Of a DNA stretch of 64,000 nt, positions 46,225 to 56,574 are shown piece after piece. Under the pieces are notes generated by a model. That model saw only the letters and a program-made list of their open reading frames with translations. It did not search any database and was not told where the DNA came from. The stretch is from an uncultured bacterium (lineage in GTDB: Bacteria > Patescibacteriota > Minisyncoccia > UBA6257 > 2-01-FULL-56-20). How positions within the stretch are numbered: the first letter of the stretch is position 1; every line of letters starts with the position of its first letter. Location of the stretch: NCBI GenBank assembly GCA_963718515.1, contig OY970354.1, forward strand, positions 110,363 through 174,362, read 5' to 3'. Position numbers and translations under genes: made by a program.

Positions 46225-47583
46225 ATGGACCTTGAGCAAATGTGGCAGTCGACGTTAGGCGAGATGGAGGTTCAATTAACGAAGGCGCATTTTCGACGTG
46301 GTTAAAAAATAGCCGATTGATCGAAAAAAAGGATGATACGTTGTTCGTGGCCCTCCCGAGCAACTTTGCGAAGACGTGGGTGGAAGAAAAATATCAGAAA
46401 AATATCATTGGCATCGTCCGAAATATGGATAACTCGGTCAAGAAGATCGAATTTGTGGTAGGAAACAAGAATTTCCCGACCGCGAAGACGGCTCCCGAAG
46501 TCCAAGAGGCGCAAAAGCCGAACGAGGGCACGCTTGATTTCAATAAGACCGACCCGGAAACGGGTCTGAACCCAAAATATACCCTCGCTTCATTCGTCGT
46601 CGGTCCCTCGAACGAGCTCGCATTCGCCGCGGCGAATGCGATCACCGAAGAGCATCGGAAAAAAATATAATCCGTTCTTTATTTATGGCGGCGTCGGCCT
46701 CGGAAAGACGCATCTTATCCAAGCGATCGGCAACGAGATCATCGCAAAATATAAAGGCAAGGTGAAGCCGAAGTATGTTGCTTCGGAACAGTTCACGCGC
46801 GACATCGTATGGGGTCTCCGCAACGACCGCATCGAGAGCGTGAAGAAGAAATATCGCGACGTTGATGTTCTTATCATCGACGATATTCAATTCATCGGCG
46901 GAAAAGAAAAAACGGAAGAAGAATTTTTCCATACCTTCAACGCGCTCTACGAAAACAATAAACAGATCATTATTTCCTCCGACCGGCCGCCACAATCACT
47001 CCCCACGCTCGAGGAACGCCTCCGCTCGCGCTTTGAGGGCGGCCTCATCGCCGACGTGAGCCTATCCCGGAATATGAGATGCGCGTGGCGATCATCAGGA
47101 GCAAGCTCCAGGATATGAACCGGCAGCTGAGCGATCCCGTAGTGGACCTCATTGCCAAGAAGCTGAGGAAGAATATCCGTGAGTTGGAGGGGGTACTTAA
47201 AAAGATCATCTTCTATGAGGAGCGGAAGCAGACCGAGATCAACGTAAAGATGGCCGAGGAGATCATTGAAAAAGCCACGCAAAACCTCTCAAAGCGGGTC
47301 AATGACGTCGCAGATCCTTAAGGCAGTGGCGGAATTCTTTAATATCACCGTCGAAGACCTCGTGAGCCACAACCGCCGCAAAGAAGTGGTGGAACCGCGC
47401 CAGATCGCCATCTATCTTCTTCGGGATATCTCCGAGCTTTCCTATCCGTATATTGGTGAAAAGCTGGGGAGAGATCACACCACCGCCATCCATTCCTACG
47501 AAAAGATCAACCATGAGATCAACAGAAATCCAGCACTTAACCAGAAGATATTAATGATTAAGGATGTGATTTATAAGAGTTAA
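46225..47583 (+). pseudogene. dnaA: Chromosomal replication initiator DnaA, at least 4 frameshifts as assembled
   Basis: Starts MDLEQMWQSTLGEMEVQLTKAHF at ATG 46225, then continues through ORFs 46242..46670, 46636..47118 ([17 protein letters not shown], Walker B LIIDDIQF), 47079..47321 and 47266..47583 (domain IV: RRKEVVEPRQIAIYLLRD...GRDHTTAIHSYEKI). Confidence 0.9.
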
Positions 47584-47719
47584 TCCCGTCGCTATCCCCA
47601 GATGAAATTACAATGAAGGCTTGTATATATTGAATAAATAAAAAGTTATCCCCTAAAAATCACATTCCTAATAGTAATCTTAGTAGTAAGTATTTAATAT
47701 AAAACTATAATTAAGAGAG
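47584..47719. promoter_or_regulatory. Candidate oriC segment (dnaA-dnaN spacer with DnaA-box-like 9-mers and an AT-rich stretch)
   Basis: CTATCCCCA (47592-47600) and TTATCCCCT (47646-47654) each differ from TTATCCACA at 2 of 9 positions. The flanking sequence is more than 75% AT (TGTATATATTGAATAAATAAAAAG...). A third box, TAATCCCCA, lies at 46127-46135 between rpmH and dnaA. Confidence 0.4.
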
Positions 47720-48836
47720 ATGAAATTTATCGCGATACGATCAAATATTAAAGATGCTATTTCCGTGATTGAGAAAGCGGTCGGGGAAAATAGCAATCTT
47801 CCGATATTAAAAAATATCCTCATTGAGGCGGAAGATAATACTATTACATTCAGCGCCACCAATCTCGAGATCGCGATAAGCCATAAGGTTGCGGGGAAGA
47901 TCATTGAGAACGGAAAAATAACCGCCCCACTCTCACTTTTTTCGAGCCTCATCAACAATATCCAGAGCGACCGGCTGAATTTTGAGAAAAAAGGGAATAA
48001 CCTCGAGATCGCGACGGATAATTACAGCGCAGTTATAAATGGATTGCCAGCGGAGGATTTTCCCATTACCCCAAAGATAAAAAATGCCGAAGGGTATCAT
48101 AGAGATAAAAAGCGCATTTCTTCGGGAAGCGATCCAGCAGGTTACCGTGGCGTCGCAATATTCTGACCTGCGACCGGAGTTGAATAGCGTCCTTTTCAAT
48201 TTTTCCCTCGAGAGTCTTGTGCTTGCCTCTACGGACGGCTTCCGGTTGGCGGAAAAAGCGATTTCCGCAAGTCTTTTCACCACAAAAAATAAAGAAGCCA
48301 TTCAGAATCCTCGTTCCGCTCCGCACAAGCCTCGAGATCGCCCGGATCATAAAAGACGATGAGGTGGTGCGGATATACCAGGACGAAAACCAGATATTAT
48401 TTAAAACAGACCAGACGGAGATGATATCGCGCCTCATCGAGGGAAGCTTTCCCGGACTATTCCGCCATCGTACCGCACGAATTTGCGGCAGAAATTGTGG
48501 TGGAGCGGGATGAGTTCACGAATGCCATAAAACTTGCCGGCGTCTTTGGCCAGAAAAATAGCGAAGTTAAGCATTAAGATTCACGAGAATAAAAAGGCGA
48601 TCGAGATAAGTTCCGCCGACCAGGCGCTCGGCGAAAATAACAATATCCTTCCTGCAAAGATAAAAGGCGAGATCCCCGAAATATTTTTTAATTGGCGCTA
48701 TCTTTCCGATCCAATGAAGAGCATCAAAACCGCGGATGTGTTCATTGGGCTTCAAGAAGACGCAGGCCCTGCACTCATCCGCTCAACGAGCGACAGTTCG
48801 TATTATTACGTCCTGAAGCCGATCTTAAAATCCTAG
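47720..48836 (+). pseudogene. dnaN: DNA polymerase III beta sliding clamp, at least 4 frameshifts as assembled
   Basis: MKFIAIRSNIKDAISVIEKAV...LPILKNILIEA, then continued in ORFs 48084..48362, 48217..48513 and 48534..48836 plus one unlisted frame (DYSAIVPHEFAAEIVVERDEF). Confidence 0.88.
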
Positions 48837-48851
48837 CGCCCACTCCGCGTA

Positions 48852-51031
48852 CTAATTTGTGGCGCTGGTAGAAGTGGTTGCCGGAGTGCTCGTCGTCACC
48901 GTCGTTTCCGGAACATCCAGGCTCGTGTAGCCGTTCGCCGTCGCCCATCGATCGACGCCGGTTTCCCAATTATGATATTGCGGATCCTCTGAAGGATCCG
49001 TGGGATCCGGCCCGTTCGGATCATTTTTATTTACATAGTAGAGAATGTCGTGCACCTGTCCATCAATGACGTATTGGCCGTTCATCACCGGTTTTGTGGA
49101 TGTGGTCGGCTCCGGTTGGATGAATGTGGTGTTTGGTACCTCCGGGAGTGCCTGCGTCATGAACGCATTCCACATCGGGACTGCGGCCAAAATACTCGAA
49201 CCGGCTTTTTGCATCGGCGCGTCGTCGTTATTGCCCGCCCAAACGCCCACAACGAGCGACGGCGTGTAGCCCATCGCCCACGCATCAACGTAGCTATTTG
49301 ATGTTCCCGTCTTCAGCGCCACATCGTAGCCGGGGAACACGGTGAGGTCCTTGGCTTCCACCCATGAGCGGCGCTCGTGCCGCCGCGTCGGATAAGATGT
49401 CGTTCACGAGTTCCACCGACTGCGCATCTGCCACTTGCGTCGATTGATCCTGGTATGACTCGAGCGTATTGCCATTCGCATCTTGTACGGACAAGATCAT
49501 CGTCTGCGCATTCTTTACACCGTTGTTTGCGAGCACAGAATACGCTTCAGTGAGGTCGATAAGATGCACCGCGCCGCCGCCGAGCACGAGCGACAAGCCG
49601 TAGCTTGCGGGATCGGTCAGCGTGGTGAGGCCAAAGTTATACGCGTTGTTGATCGCGTTCGTTTCGCCCACGAGATAGAGCATCTTCACGGCGGGCACGT
49701 TCACCGATTGCGCAAGCGCGTCGCGGATGGTGAGCGGGCCGGCAAAGGTGCCTTCAAAATCCTGCGGGTGGAAACATTTTGTGTTCGTCGAGTTGAAATC
49801 GGGGATCGCCGGGCACGAAGGATCCGTGCTGAACTCGGTGGGCACATCGAATAGTATTGTGTCGGGCGTGTAGCCCATCTGGAACGCGGTCAGATAGACA
49901 AAGGGCTTGAGCGATGATCCCGGCTGGCGCAGACCCTGGGTGGCCACGTCAAAATTTCCGTCGTTCGCGGCGTCGAAGTAATTTGCGGAGCCAACGAGGG
50001 CAAGTATTTGCCCCGTCGCGGGGTCTTCGGCCACAAGCGCGGCGTTCGTCGCCTGATAGAGCTGTGTGTTCCGCACGACGCCCTGCGCAACGGCCGTCTC
50101 GGCTTGTTGTTGCATCGTCCAGTTGAGCGTCGTGATCACTTTGAGGCCGCCGTTATCAACCTCATTCTCGCCATATTTCTGGACGAGATAGTTTTCTACG
50201 GCCATCACGAAGTGCGGCGCCTTTATGCCATCTTCCGATTGCGGTTGGAAGACGATCTTAAAGTTCTGCGCATCCGTTAGCTGGTCTTTTGTGATCTTGC
50301 CGGTGTTATACATCTGCTGGAGCACTAATTGTTGGCGCGCAAGCAGTTCGCTCACGTGCGTGCCCCACGGCGAATAGTATGTGGGCGCCTGGGGAAGCGC
50401 GGCGAGCACGGCGCTCTGCGCAATGTTAAGGTTCTGCACCGGTACGCCGAAATAATCTTCTGCTGCTTCGCCAACGCCCGAGATGTTCGGGCCGTAGGGA
50501 ACTTCGTTCAGATAGAGCGCAAGGATCTGCGACTTGGAATAATATTCATTCAGCTTGACTGCAAGGATGAACTCGCGGATTTTGCGAGAGAGTGTCTGGT
50601 TGAGGGTAAGGAACGCGGTTCGCGCGAGTTGTTGGGTGAGCGTTGAGCCGCCCTCTGCGAATGAATGCGTAGTGATGTCCACAAAGAGCGCGCGGATGAT
50701 GCCTTTTATGTCGAACGCCGGTTCATTATAAAAATTTTGGTCCTCGATCGCGATCGTGGCATCTTGCACGCTTTGAGGGATTTCGGTCGAGCGGCACGAT
50801 GGTGCGGCGTTGGCCGTTATTGATGTCATACAAAAGCACGGTGCCGGTCCGGTCATATATTTTTGTGGATTGGCTGATCTGCTGGCTCCCGATCTCCTGG
50901 ATCGATGGCACGGTTCTTGCGAGATAGAGGACCACCAAACATAACACTATCGCGAGGGACGCTATCACGATCCCCGCAATCTGAAAAATTTTGATATAAC
51001 GTTTTTTACTTCGTTTTATGGGATCCTTCAT
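48852..51031 (-). pseudogene. Class A penicillin-binding protein (glycosyltransferase GT51 + transpeptidase), 2 frameshifts as assembled
   Basis: The N-terminal TM anchor plus STKIYDRTG lie in 50726..51031. IAIEDQNFYNE..., RKIREF and the SxxK region GSSLKPF lie in 49294..50856. KTGTSN lies in 48852..49361. Confidence 0.88.
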
Positions 51032-51060
51032 ACAACCTATACATTTTAACTCTTTTCAAT

Positions 51061-51090
51061 AAAAAAGCCCCGCATGATGGGGCTTTTTTA
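51061..51090. terminator. Bidirectional rho-independent terminator
   Basis: AAAAAA-GCCCCGCATGATGGGGC-TTTTTT. Confidence 0.7.
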
Positions 51091-51110
51091 TTTACAGTAC
51101 GGCGCGTGCG

Positions 51111-51290
51111 CTATTGCTCGAGCGCGCCATCGTCCTGCGGCTCTTCCTCCGCGCCGCCACCGAGGGTTTCCTCTTCTTCGTCTTCATCATCGTCCAGATC
51201 GCCTGGAGTATCAACGACGGTAGGATCTTCATCGTCCTCGTCGCTCAATCCGCGAAAGGCCGACGTTAATGGTAATAATTCAATCGACAT
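51111..51290 (-). CDS. Small highly acidic hypothetical protein (59 aa)
   Basis: Just below the ORF-track cutoff. Hand translation: MSIELLPLTSAFRGLSDEDDEDPTVVDTPGDLDDDEDEEEETLGGGAEEEPQDDGALEQ. Co-oriented with ruvC and followed by a terminator. The listed plus-strand ORF 51106..51306 is its Ser-rich antisense shadow. Confidence 0.4.
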   Translation of the reverse strand: MSIELLPLTSAFRGLSDEDDEDPTVVDTPGDLDDDEDEEEETLGGGAEEEPQDDGALEQ

Positions 51291-51342
51291 AATGAACAGT
51301 AGTTAAACGACCTTTTTATTTTTCAACCAGTATATTGTATCA

Positions 51343-51822
51343 TCATGCGCTGTCAAGTGAGCGCTCGCCTGTGGATAAAATCGCGAGCGCGAGCGCGTCG
51401 CTTGCGTCGTCGATCACCGTAAGATCCTGCTTGCGAAGTATCAGCCGCACCATTTTTAGCACCGATTTCTTATCCGCAAAGCCGTATCCCGCCACGCCGA
51501 GCTTCACTTCGTTCGGGGTGTACTCTTTTATACGAATCCCGCGCTCTTTTGTTGCAAGGAGGACGACGCCGCGCGCCTGCGCCACCGCAAGCGCCGTTTT
51601 GGTGTTTTTGGCAAAGAACAGTTTTTCGATCGCCATCACGTCCGGCTTATATTTTTTGATCAGCGCGTCCAGGCCCTTTTTTGTTTCCTCAAGCGCCGAC
51701 ACGTCGTCGGACGTTTTTATCTCAAGAATCCCGGCCGCCACGAATTCGATCGTCTGGCCATGTGACCGTACGACGCCATATCCAATTCTCCGCGTTCCCG
51801 GATCGATCCCTAATGCGATCAT
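51343..51822 (-). CDS. ruvC: Crossover junction endodeoxyribonuclease RuvC
   Basis: ORF 51343..52119 trimmed to MIALGIDPGTRRIGYGVV (ATG at 51822). Shows the catalytic D...E...D layout with DASDALALA near the C-terminus. Confidence 0.9.
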   Translation of the reverse strand: MIALGIDPGTRRIGYGVVRSHGQTIEFVAAGILEIKTSDDVSALEETKKGLDALIKKYKPDVMAIEKLFFAKNTKTALAVAQARGVVLLATKERGIRIKEYTPNEVKLGVAGYGFADKKSVLKMVRLILRKQDLTVIDDASDALALAILSTGERSLDSA

Positions 51823-51913
51823 AATGTTGTTTGCAGTATATCGTGGGCGGTAAGTAAAAAAAAGCCCGCCAAGAGATGGTGTTCTCTTGGCGGTTTGTTG
51901 CGGCTTCGCGCCG

Positions 51914-52621
51914 TCATTGCGCGAAATATTTATGCACCGTGTCGTTTGCCCCCGGTATCCACTGGGCGTTCGTTCCCCACGCAAGAAATTTCCTGAGGGA
52001 ATTTCTAAGCGAACCCTTGAGAAGGAGCGCATCAAGGTCGTGACTGATCGCAACGCCGATCGTTGAATCCAGGCCACCACTCGAACTGCTTTGGTAGTTT
52101 CCTCCACCATTCCGTCCATAACTGGACGACCATTCGCTTCCGCTTCCTGCGGGGGCGAGACAGGTCGCGTCTCCCAATGGGATGGTCGGCCTGGTCACTC
52201 CGTCGTTGTAGACAACGAGAAAGACGTGGAGGGTGATGGGATACAGTTGTCCGTTGAACGAACCGCTAGCGGAAAAGCCACCCCGTCCTCCGTAACTAGA
52301 AGTTGTGCCATAAGAGGTGGACTGTATGGGGCTCTCTTGGCTGAAGCGGACGCAGATCACGTTCTCGGGCGCGATGCACGGATTGCTTCCCACATTGAAG
52401 CGATTCGCACCGAGCCGGCGGAACATCGCGGTCGCGGTCTCAGCGGCTGTCCCGGAAAAATCGATTGCGATGAGCGTGTTCGTAAAATCGGGCCGCTTCG
52501 AGCTCGCATCCGACTTGCCCTCATAGGTGACGATGTGGGATTCCTGCGCGGACGTTGCGCCCGTGCTGAAAAACACTGCGATTACCGCCATTGCGACGAT
52601 CATAAACTGTTTCATGACCAA
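51914..52621 (-). CDS. Secreted hypothetical protein (signal peptide; G/S-rich segments)
   Basis: 235 aa. MKQFMIVAMAVIAVFFSTGATSAQE resembles a Sec signal peptide. No family recognised. Confidence 0.6.
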   Translation of the reverse strand: MVMKQFMIVAMAVIAVFFSTGATSAQESHIVTYEGKSDASSKRPDFTNTLIAIDFSGTAAETATAMFRRLGANRFNVGSNPCIAPENVICVRFSQESPIQSTSYGTTSSYGGRGGFSASGSFNGQLYPITLHVFLVVYNDGVTRPTIPLGDATCLAPAGSGSEWSSSYGRNGGGNYQSSSSGGLDSTIGVAISHDLDALLLKGSLRNSLRKFLAWGTNAQWIPGANDTVHKYFAQ

Positions 52622-52771
52622 CTCCTTCTCGCCACACGGGCGGGTACTCGGAAATTTGATGCCAACGTTCTGGACACATTATAACACTAATATTGTCAAT
52701 TTGTCAATATTCATTAAAAACCTGTTAAAACCGGCTTGAATGCGGGCTTTTTAGGGGGTATTATCATATAA

Positions 52772-54448
52772 ATGGCGGAAGCACCTCGAGACGACCTTAA
52801 AAGCAGGATCGCCAAGCTCCATCGGGAAGGCGAAGAGCGCGCCGCTGAGCGGCTGGCCGCAAAGCTCGGGCTCAACTATGTGGACCTGGTGAAGGTTCCC
52901 GTTTCGCTTGACGCGGTGAGGATATTGACCGAGAGCGAGGCAAAGGATGCAAAAGTGGCGGCGATCGAACTGAAGGCGAATAAAGTGGCGCTCGCGGCAA
53001 TTGATCCGGAGCTCCCGGCCACAAAGAAGATCGTCGAGGAGTTGGCTATAAAAAAATATGAAGTAAAGGTGGTCGTGGTTTCGCCGTCCAGCATGGATAC
53101 GGCGTGGCATTTTTATCAATTTATAAAACCGGAATCGGCGTCGGTGACGGGCAAGGTGAGCATCACAAAAGAGCATCTCGATGAATTGCGCGGGCGCCTG
53201 ACGACGATCGATGCGGTGCACGAAGAGATCGCGTCGCTTGAATCCTCGAAGGCGTCGCCCACGGAATTGATCGATGTTATCCTGGCTGGCTCGATGGCCC
53301 TGCGCGCGTCGGACATCCATACCGAGGCAGGAGAGAAAAAAGCGAAGATCCGGTTTCGCGTCGACGGATTACTTCACGATATTTTTGATGACATTCCGCT
53401 CGATTCATATCACATGTTCGTGTCGCGCATAAAATTATTATCCGCGATGAAATTGAACGTGCGCGACGCGGCGCAGGACGGTCGCTTTACGATCGGCCTT
53501 GGTGATAAGGATATTGAGATGCGCGTATCCGTGATCCCGGCGGAGTTCGGCGAGACGATCGTCATGAGAATTTTGGACCCGTCGGCCACGATGGTGGGAT
53601 TGCCGGATCTTGGTTTGCGCGAAGATAATCTTGAGCTCGTCAAAAAACAGATCGCGCGGCCGAACGGATTGATATTGAACACCGGCCCCACCGGATCCGG
53701 AAAAACGACCACGCTCTATGCGTTTTTGCGCACCATGAACGATCCGACGATGAAGATCATCACGCTTGAGGATCCGATAGAATATCGTATTGATGGCGTG
53801 GAGCAGACGCAGGTGGATGAGGAATCAGGCTACACATTTGCGAACGGCCTGCGCGCGATCGTGCGGCAGGATCCGGATGTGATCCTTGTGGGCGAGGTGC
53901 GCGATTTGGAAACTGCGGACATCGCCCTGCAGGCGGCGCTGACCGGGCACTTGGTGCTTTCTACTTTGCATACGAACGACGCCGTCGGCGCGGTGCCGCG
54001 TCTCATCAATCTTGGCGTGAAGGCCGTGAGCATCGGCCCGGCGCTCTCGCTCGCGATCGCGCAACGCCTCGTGCGCGTGCTTTGCAAAGAGTGCAAAAAA
54101 CCGGCCGACGTCGATGCTTCGACCGCGGAGAAAATAAAAAAATTTCTCGCGGCATTACCCGCCAAGGTTGATAAGACGAAATACGATAATTATAAGATCT
54201 ACGCTCCGGTGGGTTGTGATAAGTGCAACGGCATCGGGTACAAAGGTCGCATCGGCGTTTTCGAGTTTTTGGAAGGCGGCCCGGACCTGGAGAAAACGAT
54301 CTTGCACGAAGCCTCGGAGATATCATTGCGCGAGGTCGCGCAACGCCAGGAGATGGTGACGATGCAGCAGGACGGGGTGTTGAAGGTGCTGTTGGGGCAG
54401 ACGACATTTGAAGAGGTCGCAGAAGCAACGGGAGAGATCGCCTGGTAG
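52772..54448 (+). CDS. pilB: GspE/PilB-family secretion ATPase (type IV pilus assembly ATPase-like)
   Basis: 558 aa. Walker A TGPTGSGKTTT, Asp box, Walker B ILVGEVRD, His box LVLSTLHTN, and tetracysteine CKEC...CDKC. Confidence 0.93.
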   Translation: MAEAPRDDLKSRIAKLHREGEERAAERLAAKLGLNYVDLVKVPVSLDAVRILTESEAKDAKVAAIELKANKVALAAIDPELPATKKIVEELAIKKYEVKVVVVSPSSMDTAWHFYQFIKPESASVTGKVSITKEHLDELRGRLTTIDAVHEEIASLESSKASPTELIDVILAGSMALRASDIHTEAGEKKAKIRFRVDGLLHDIFDDIPLDSYHMFVSRIKLLSAMKLNVRDAAQDGRFTIGLGDKDIEMRVSVIPAEFGETIVMRILDPSATMVGLPDLGLREDNLELVKKQIARPNGLILNTGPTGSGKTTTLYAFLRTMNDPTMKIITLEDPIEYRIDGVEQTQVDEESGYTFANGLRAIVRQDPDVILVGEVRDLETADIALQAALTGHLVLSTLHTNDAVGAVPRLINLGVKAVSIGPALSLAIAQRLVRVLCKECKKPADVDASTAEKIKKFLAALPAKVDKTKYDNYKIYAPVGCDKCNGIGYKGRIGVFEFLEGGPDLEKTILHEASEISLREVAQRQEMVTMQQDGVLKVLLGQTTFEEVAEATGEIAW

Positions 54449-54504
54449 CGAGCGCATTCTCGCCTCCTGGCAGGTGATAATTCGGCGAGAATGTGCTCGC
54501 TACC
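54444..54504. terminator. 21-bp hairpin overlapping the pilB stop codon
   Basis: GGTAGCGAGCGCATTCTCGCC (54444-54464) pairs with GGCGAGAATGTGCTCGCTACC (54484-54504). One position pairs as G-U on the plus strand. The loop is 19 nt. Confidence 0.55.
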
Positions 54505-54562
54505 ATCGTCCCTTGTTAATAAAAATAAAAACAGCGCAAGAATCTCTTGCACTGTTTCACTA

Positions 54563-54732
54563 CAAAGTAGTAGGCTCAGACCTGGGGGCAATTCCTCGCG
54601 AAAGGATAATGATCTCTTTTATCTAATGATAAAAGAGGCTAGAATTACTCAAAGGATAGAACCAGCCGAAACCGGTTCGTCCTGTAGTTTTTAGAAATAA
54701 CTCCCGCCCCCAGATCTGAATCAGCTACTTTG
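54563..54732 (+). ncRNA. Candidate ~170-nt structured RNA (long closing helix, internal hairpins; 6S-like architecture, identity unknown)
   Basis: The 5' end CAAAGTAGTAGGCTCAGACCTGGGGG pairs with the 3' end CCCCCAGATCTGAATCAGCTACTTTG: 26 positions, 3 mismatches and 2 G-U pairs that are valid only on the plus strand. Internal perfect hairpin CTCTTTTATC-TAAT-GATAAAAGAG (54614-54637), plus GAACCAG-CCGAAA-CCGGTTC. Confidence 0.35.
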
Positions 54733-54806
54733 AAGGAGCTTGCCATCACGTCTTATATATTGAGCACTGGGATATGTTAGCATATAGTTTATTTATTGTC
54801 AAGGCC

Positions 54807-55816
54807 ATGCCAAAACCCTCCTCAAATCCCCAAAAAGAAGACCTCAATATCGACCTTACCCTCCGGCCAACCGAGTGGGATGAATATATTGGCCAGGAAA
54901 AAATAAAAGATAATTTAAAAACCATTTTAGGCGCCGCAAAGAAGCGCGGCGAGTCGGCGGACCATCTTTTATTCTCCGGCCCCGCCGGTCTCGGCAAAAC
55001 GACGCTCGCATATTTGGTCGCGCGCGAACTGGGCGGACTCATCAAGACGACATCCGGCCCGGCGTTGGAAAAAGCGGGCGACTTGGCGGCGGTGCTGACC
55101 AATCTTACGCCCGGCGAAATATTATTCATCGACGAAGCGCATCGCGATCAACCCGATGATCGAAGAGGTGTTATATCCGGCGATGGAGGCGCGCAAGTTG
55201 CACTTGGTGGTGGGCAAAGGGCCGTCGGCGCGGACGCTCTCGCTTGATCTGCCGCCGTTCACGTTGATCGCCGCGACGACGCGCGAGAATTTACTGTCGC
55301 AGCCGTTGCGCTCGCGTTTCGGTGCGACGCTCCGCCTCGGCTATTACACGCCGGATGATATTAAAAAAATATTAGCGCGCTCGGCGAAGATTTTAGGGCA
55401 TTGAAGCCGCAGCCCGGCGCCGATGGATATCCTTGCGCGTGCGTCGCGCGGAACGCCGCGCGTGGCGAATCGGTTGCTGCGCCGCGCCCGTGACTTTGCG
55501 GAAGTGCACGGCGACGAACGTGATCGACGAGGATGCCGCGCGCCGAAGACGCTCGCAATGCTCGAGATCGATGAGGTCGGCCTTGAGCCGCAGGATCGCC
55601 AGCTTCTTGATGACGATCATCGAAAAGTTCCACGGCGGCCCCGTCGGCATCAACACCATCGCCGCCGCGCTCGCGGAAGACCGCGGCGTGATCGAAGACA
55701 TCTACGAGCCGTATTTGATGACGCTTGGATTCCTTCAGCGCTCATCCGCCGGCCGCATTGTTCTGCCAGCGGCATATCGGCATTTAAAGATAAAGGGGCA
55801 CGAGGAGTTGTTGTAG
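54807..55816 (+). pseudogene. ruvB: Holliday junction branch-migration ATPase RuvB, at least 5 frameshifts as assembled
   Basis: [19 protein letters not shown], Walker [10 protein letters not shown] and Walker B LFIDEAHR are in 54774..55247. [20 protein letters not shown] is in 55156..55404. [21 protein letters not shown] and EKFHGGPVG...[18 protein letters not shown] alternate between ORFs 55423..55830 and 55433..55816. Confidence 0.9.
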
Positions 55817-55859
55817 GGGCGCAGCTATAACGGCGGCGCAGGATTTTTTAGGCGGGTGG

Positions 55860-56504
55860 CTACGGCAACGCGAGCGCGGTGATCGTGATAGTTCCCGTGT
55901 AAGCGGTTGCGCGTTGAGTGCTGGGTGCATTCGCGCGAACCTCCATCACCACCGTGTCTGCAGATCCCTGATAGGTGCTCGTGCTCGCATAGACTTGGGC
56001 GGAAGTGGGAAACCCCGCGTACAAAGCATTTGGATCAACATCGTTTGTTCCCCAGGTGGAGGTGCTGTAGATGCCGGAAGTGGTGCCTGTGGCATTCTCG
56101 CGGAAGCTTAAGTTGGCTCCGATATTTGTTGCCGATGTGGCATTACTACCATTGAACGATGTCGCGTCGGGGAAGGTAATTGTTCCCGAAGCAATAGTTG
56201 AGGTCGCACTGTTACGGTTAATCTCCAGCTCCCATCCTTGGGTGGCGTTGGTCGTGACGGTGGCGCTTGAGGAGGCAAATACCGCAATCCCCGGAGTCAA
56301 TGCCGGAAGATTGAGCGTTGAACTCGCGAGCGAGAGGGTGATTGTCTCACTCACTGAAACGGTGAGGGTCTGGACGGTGGAGGTCGACACGGACGCCCAG
56401 GCTTGCTGGGCGAATTTCACGTTATCGAAAACGAATCCCGAGAGAGCGATGATCACCACTATCAGGGCAAACAAGTACATTATTTTTTGTGATCCTTCGG
56501 CCAT
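55860..56504 (-). CDS. Secreted/surface hypothetical protein (T/S/A-rich beta protein)
   Basis: 214 aa. N-terminal hydrophobic anchor or signal IMYLFALIVVIIALSGFVF. No family recognised. Confidence 0.55.
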   Translation of the reverse strand: MAEGSQKIMYLFALIVVIIALSGFVFDNVKFAQQAWASVSTSTVQTLTVSVSETITLSLASSTLNLPALTPGIAVFASSSATVTTNATQGWELEINRNSATSTIASGTITFPDATSFNGSNATSATNIGANLSFRENATGTTSGIYSTSTWGTNDVDPNALYAGFPTSAQVYASTSTYQGSADTVVMEVRANAPSTQRATAYTGTITITALALP

Positions 56505-56574
56505 GCCCTCTTATAATCCTTATATTATTAATTATTTTATCATATTTTAATTATGATGTCTTATTATTGGAGGT

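Noticed and set aside
52772-54448. A type IV pilus gene cluster around pilB
   Set aside because: Only the ATPase is present. The flanking genes are a secreted unknown, ruvC and ruvB. No pilC, pilM-Q or prepilin with a G/FTLIE-type leader was seen in the window.
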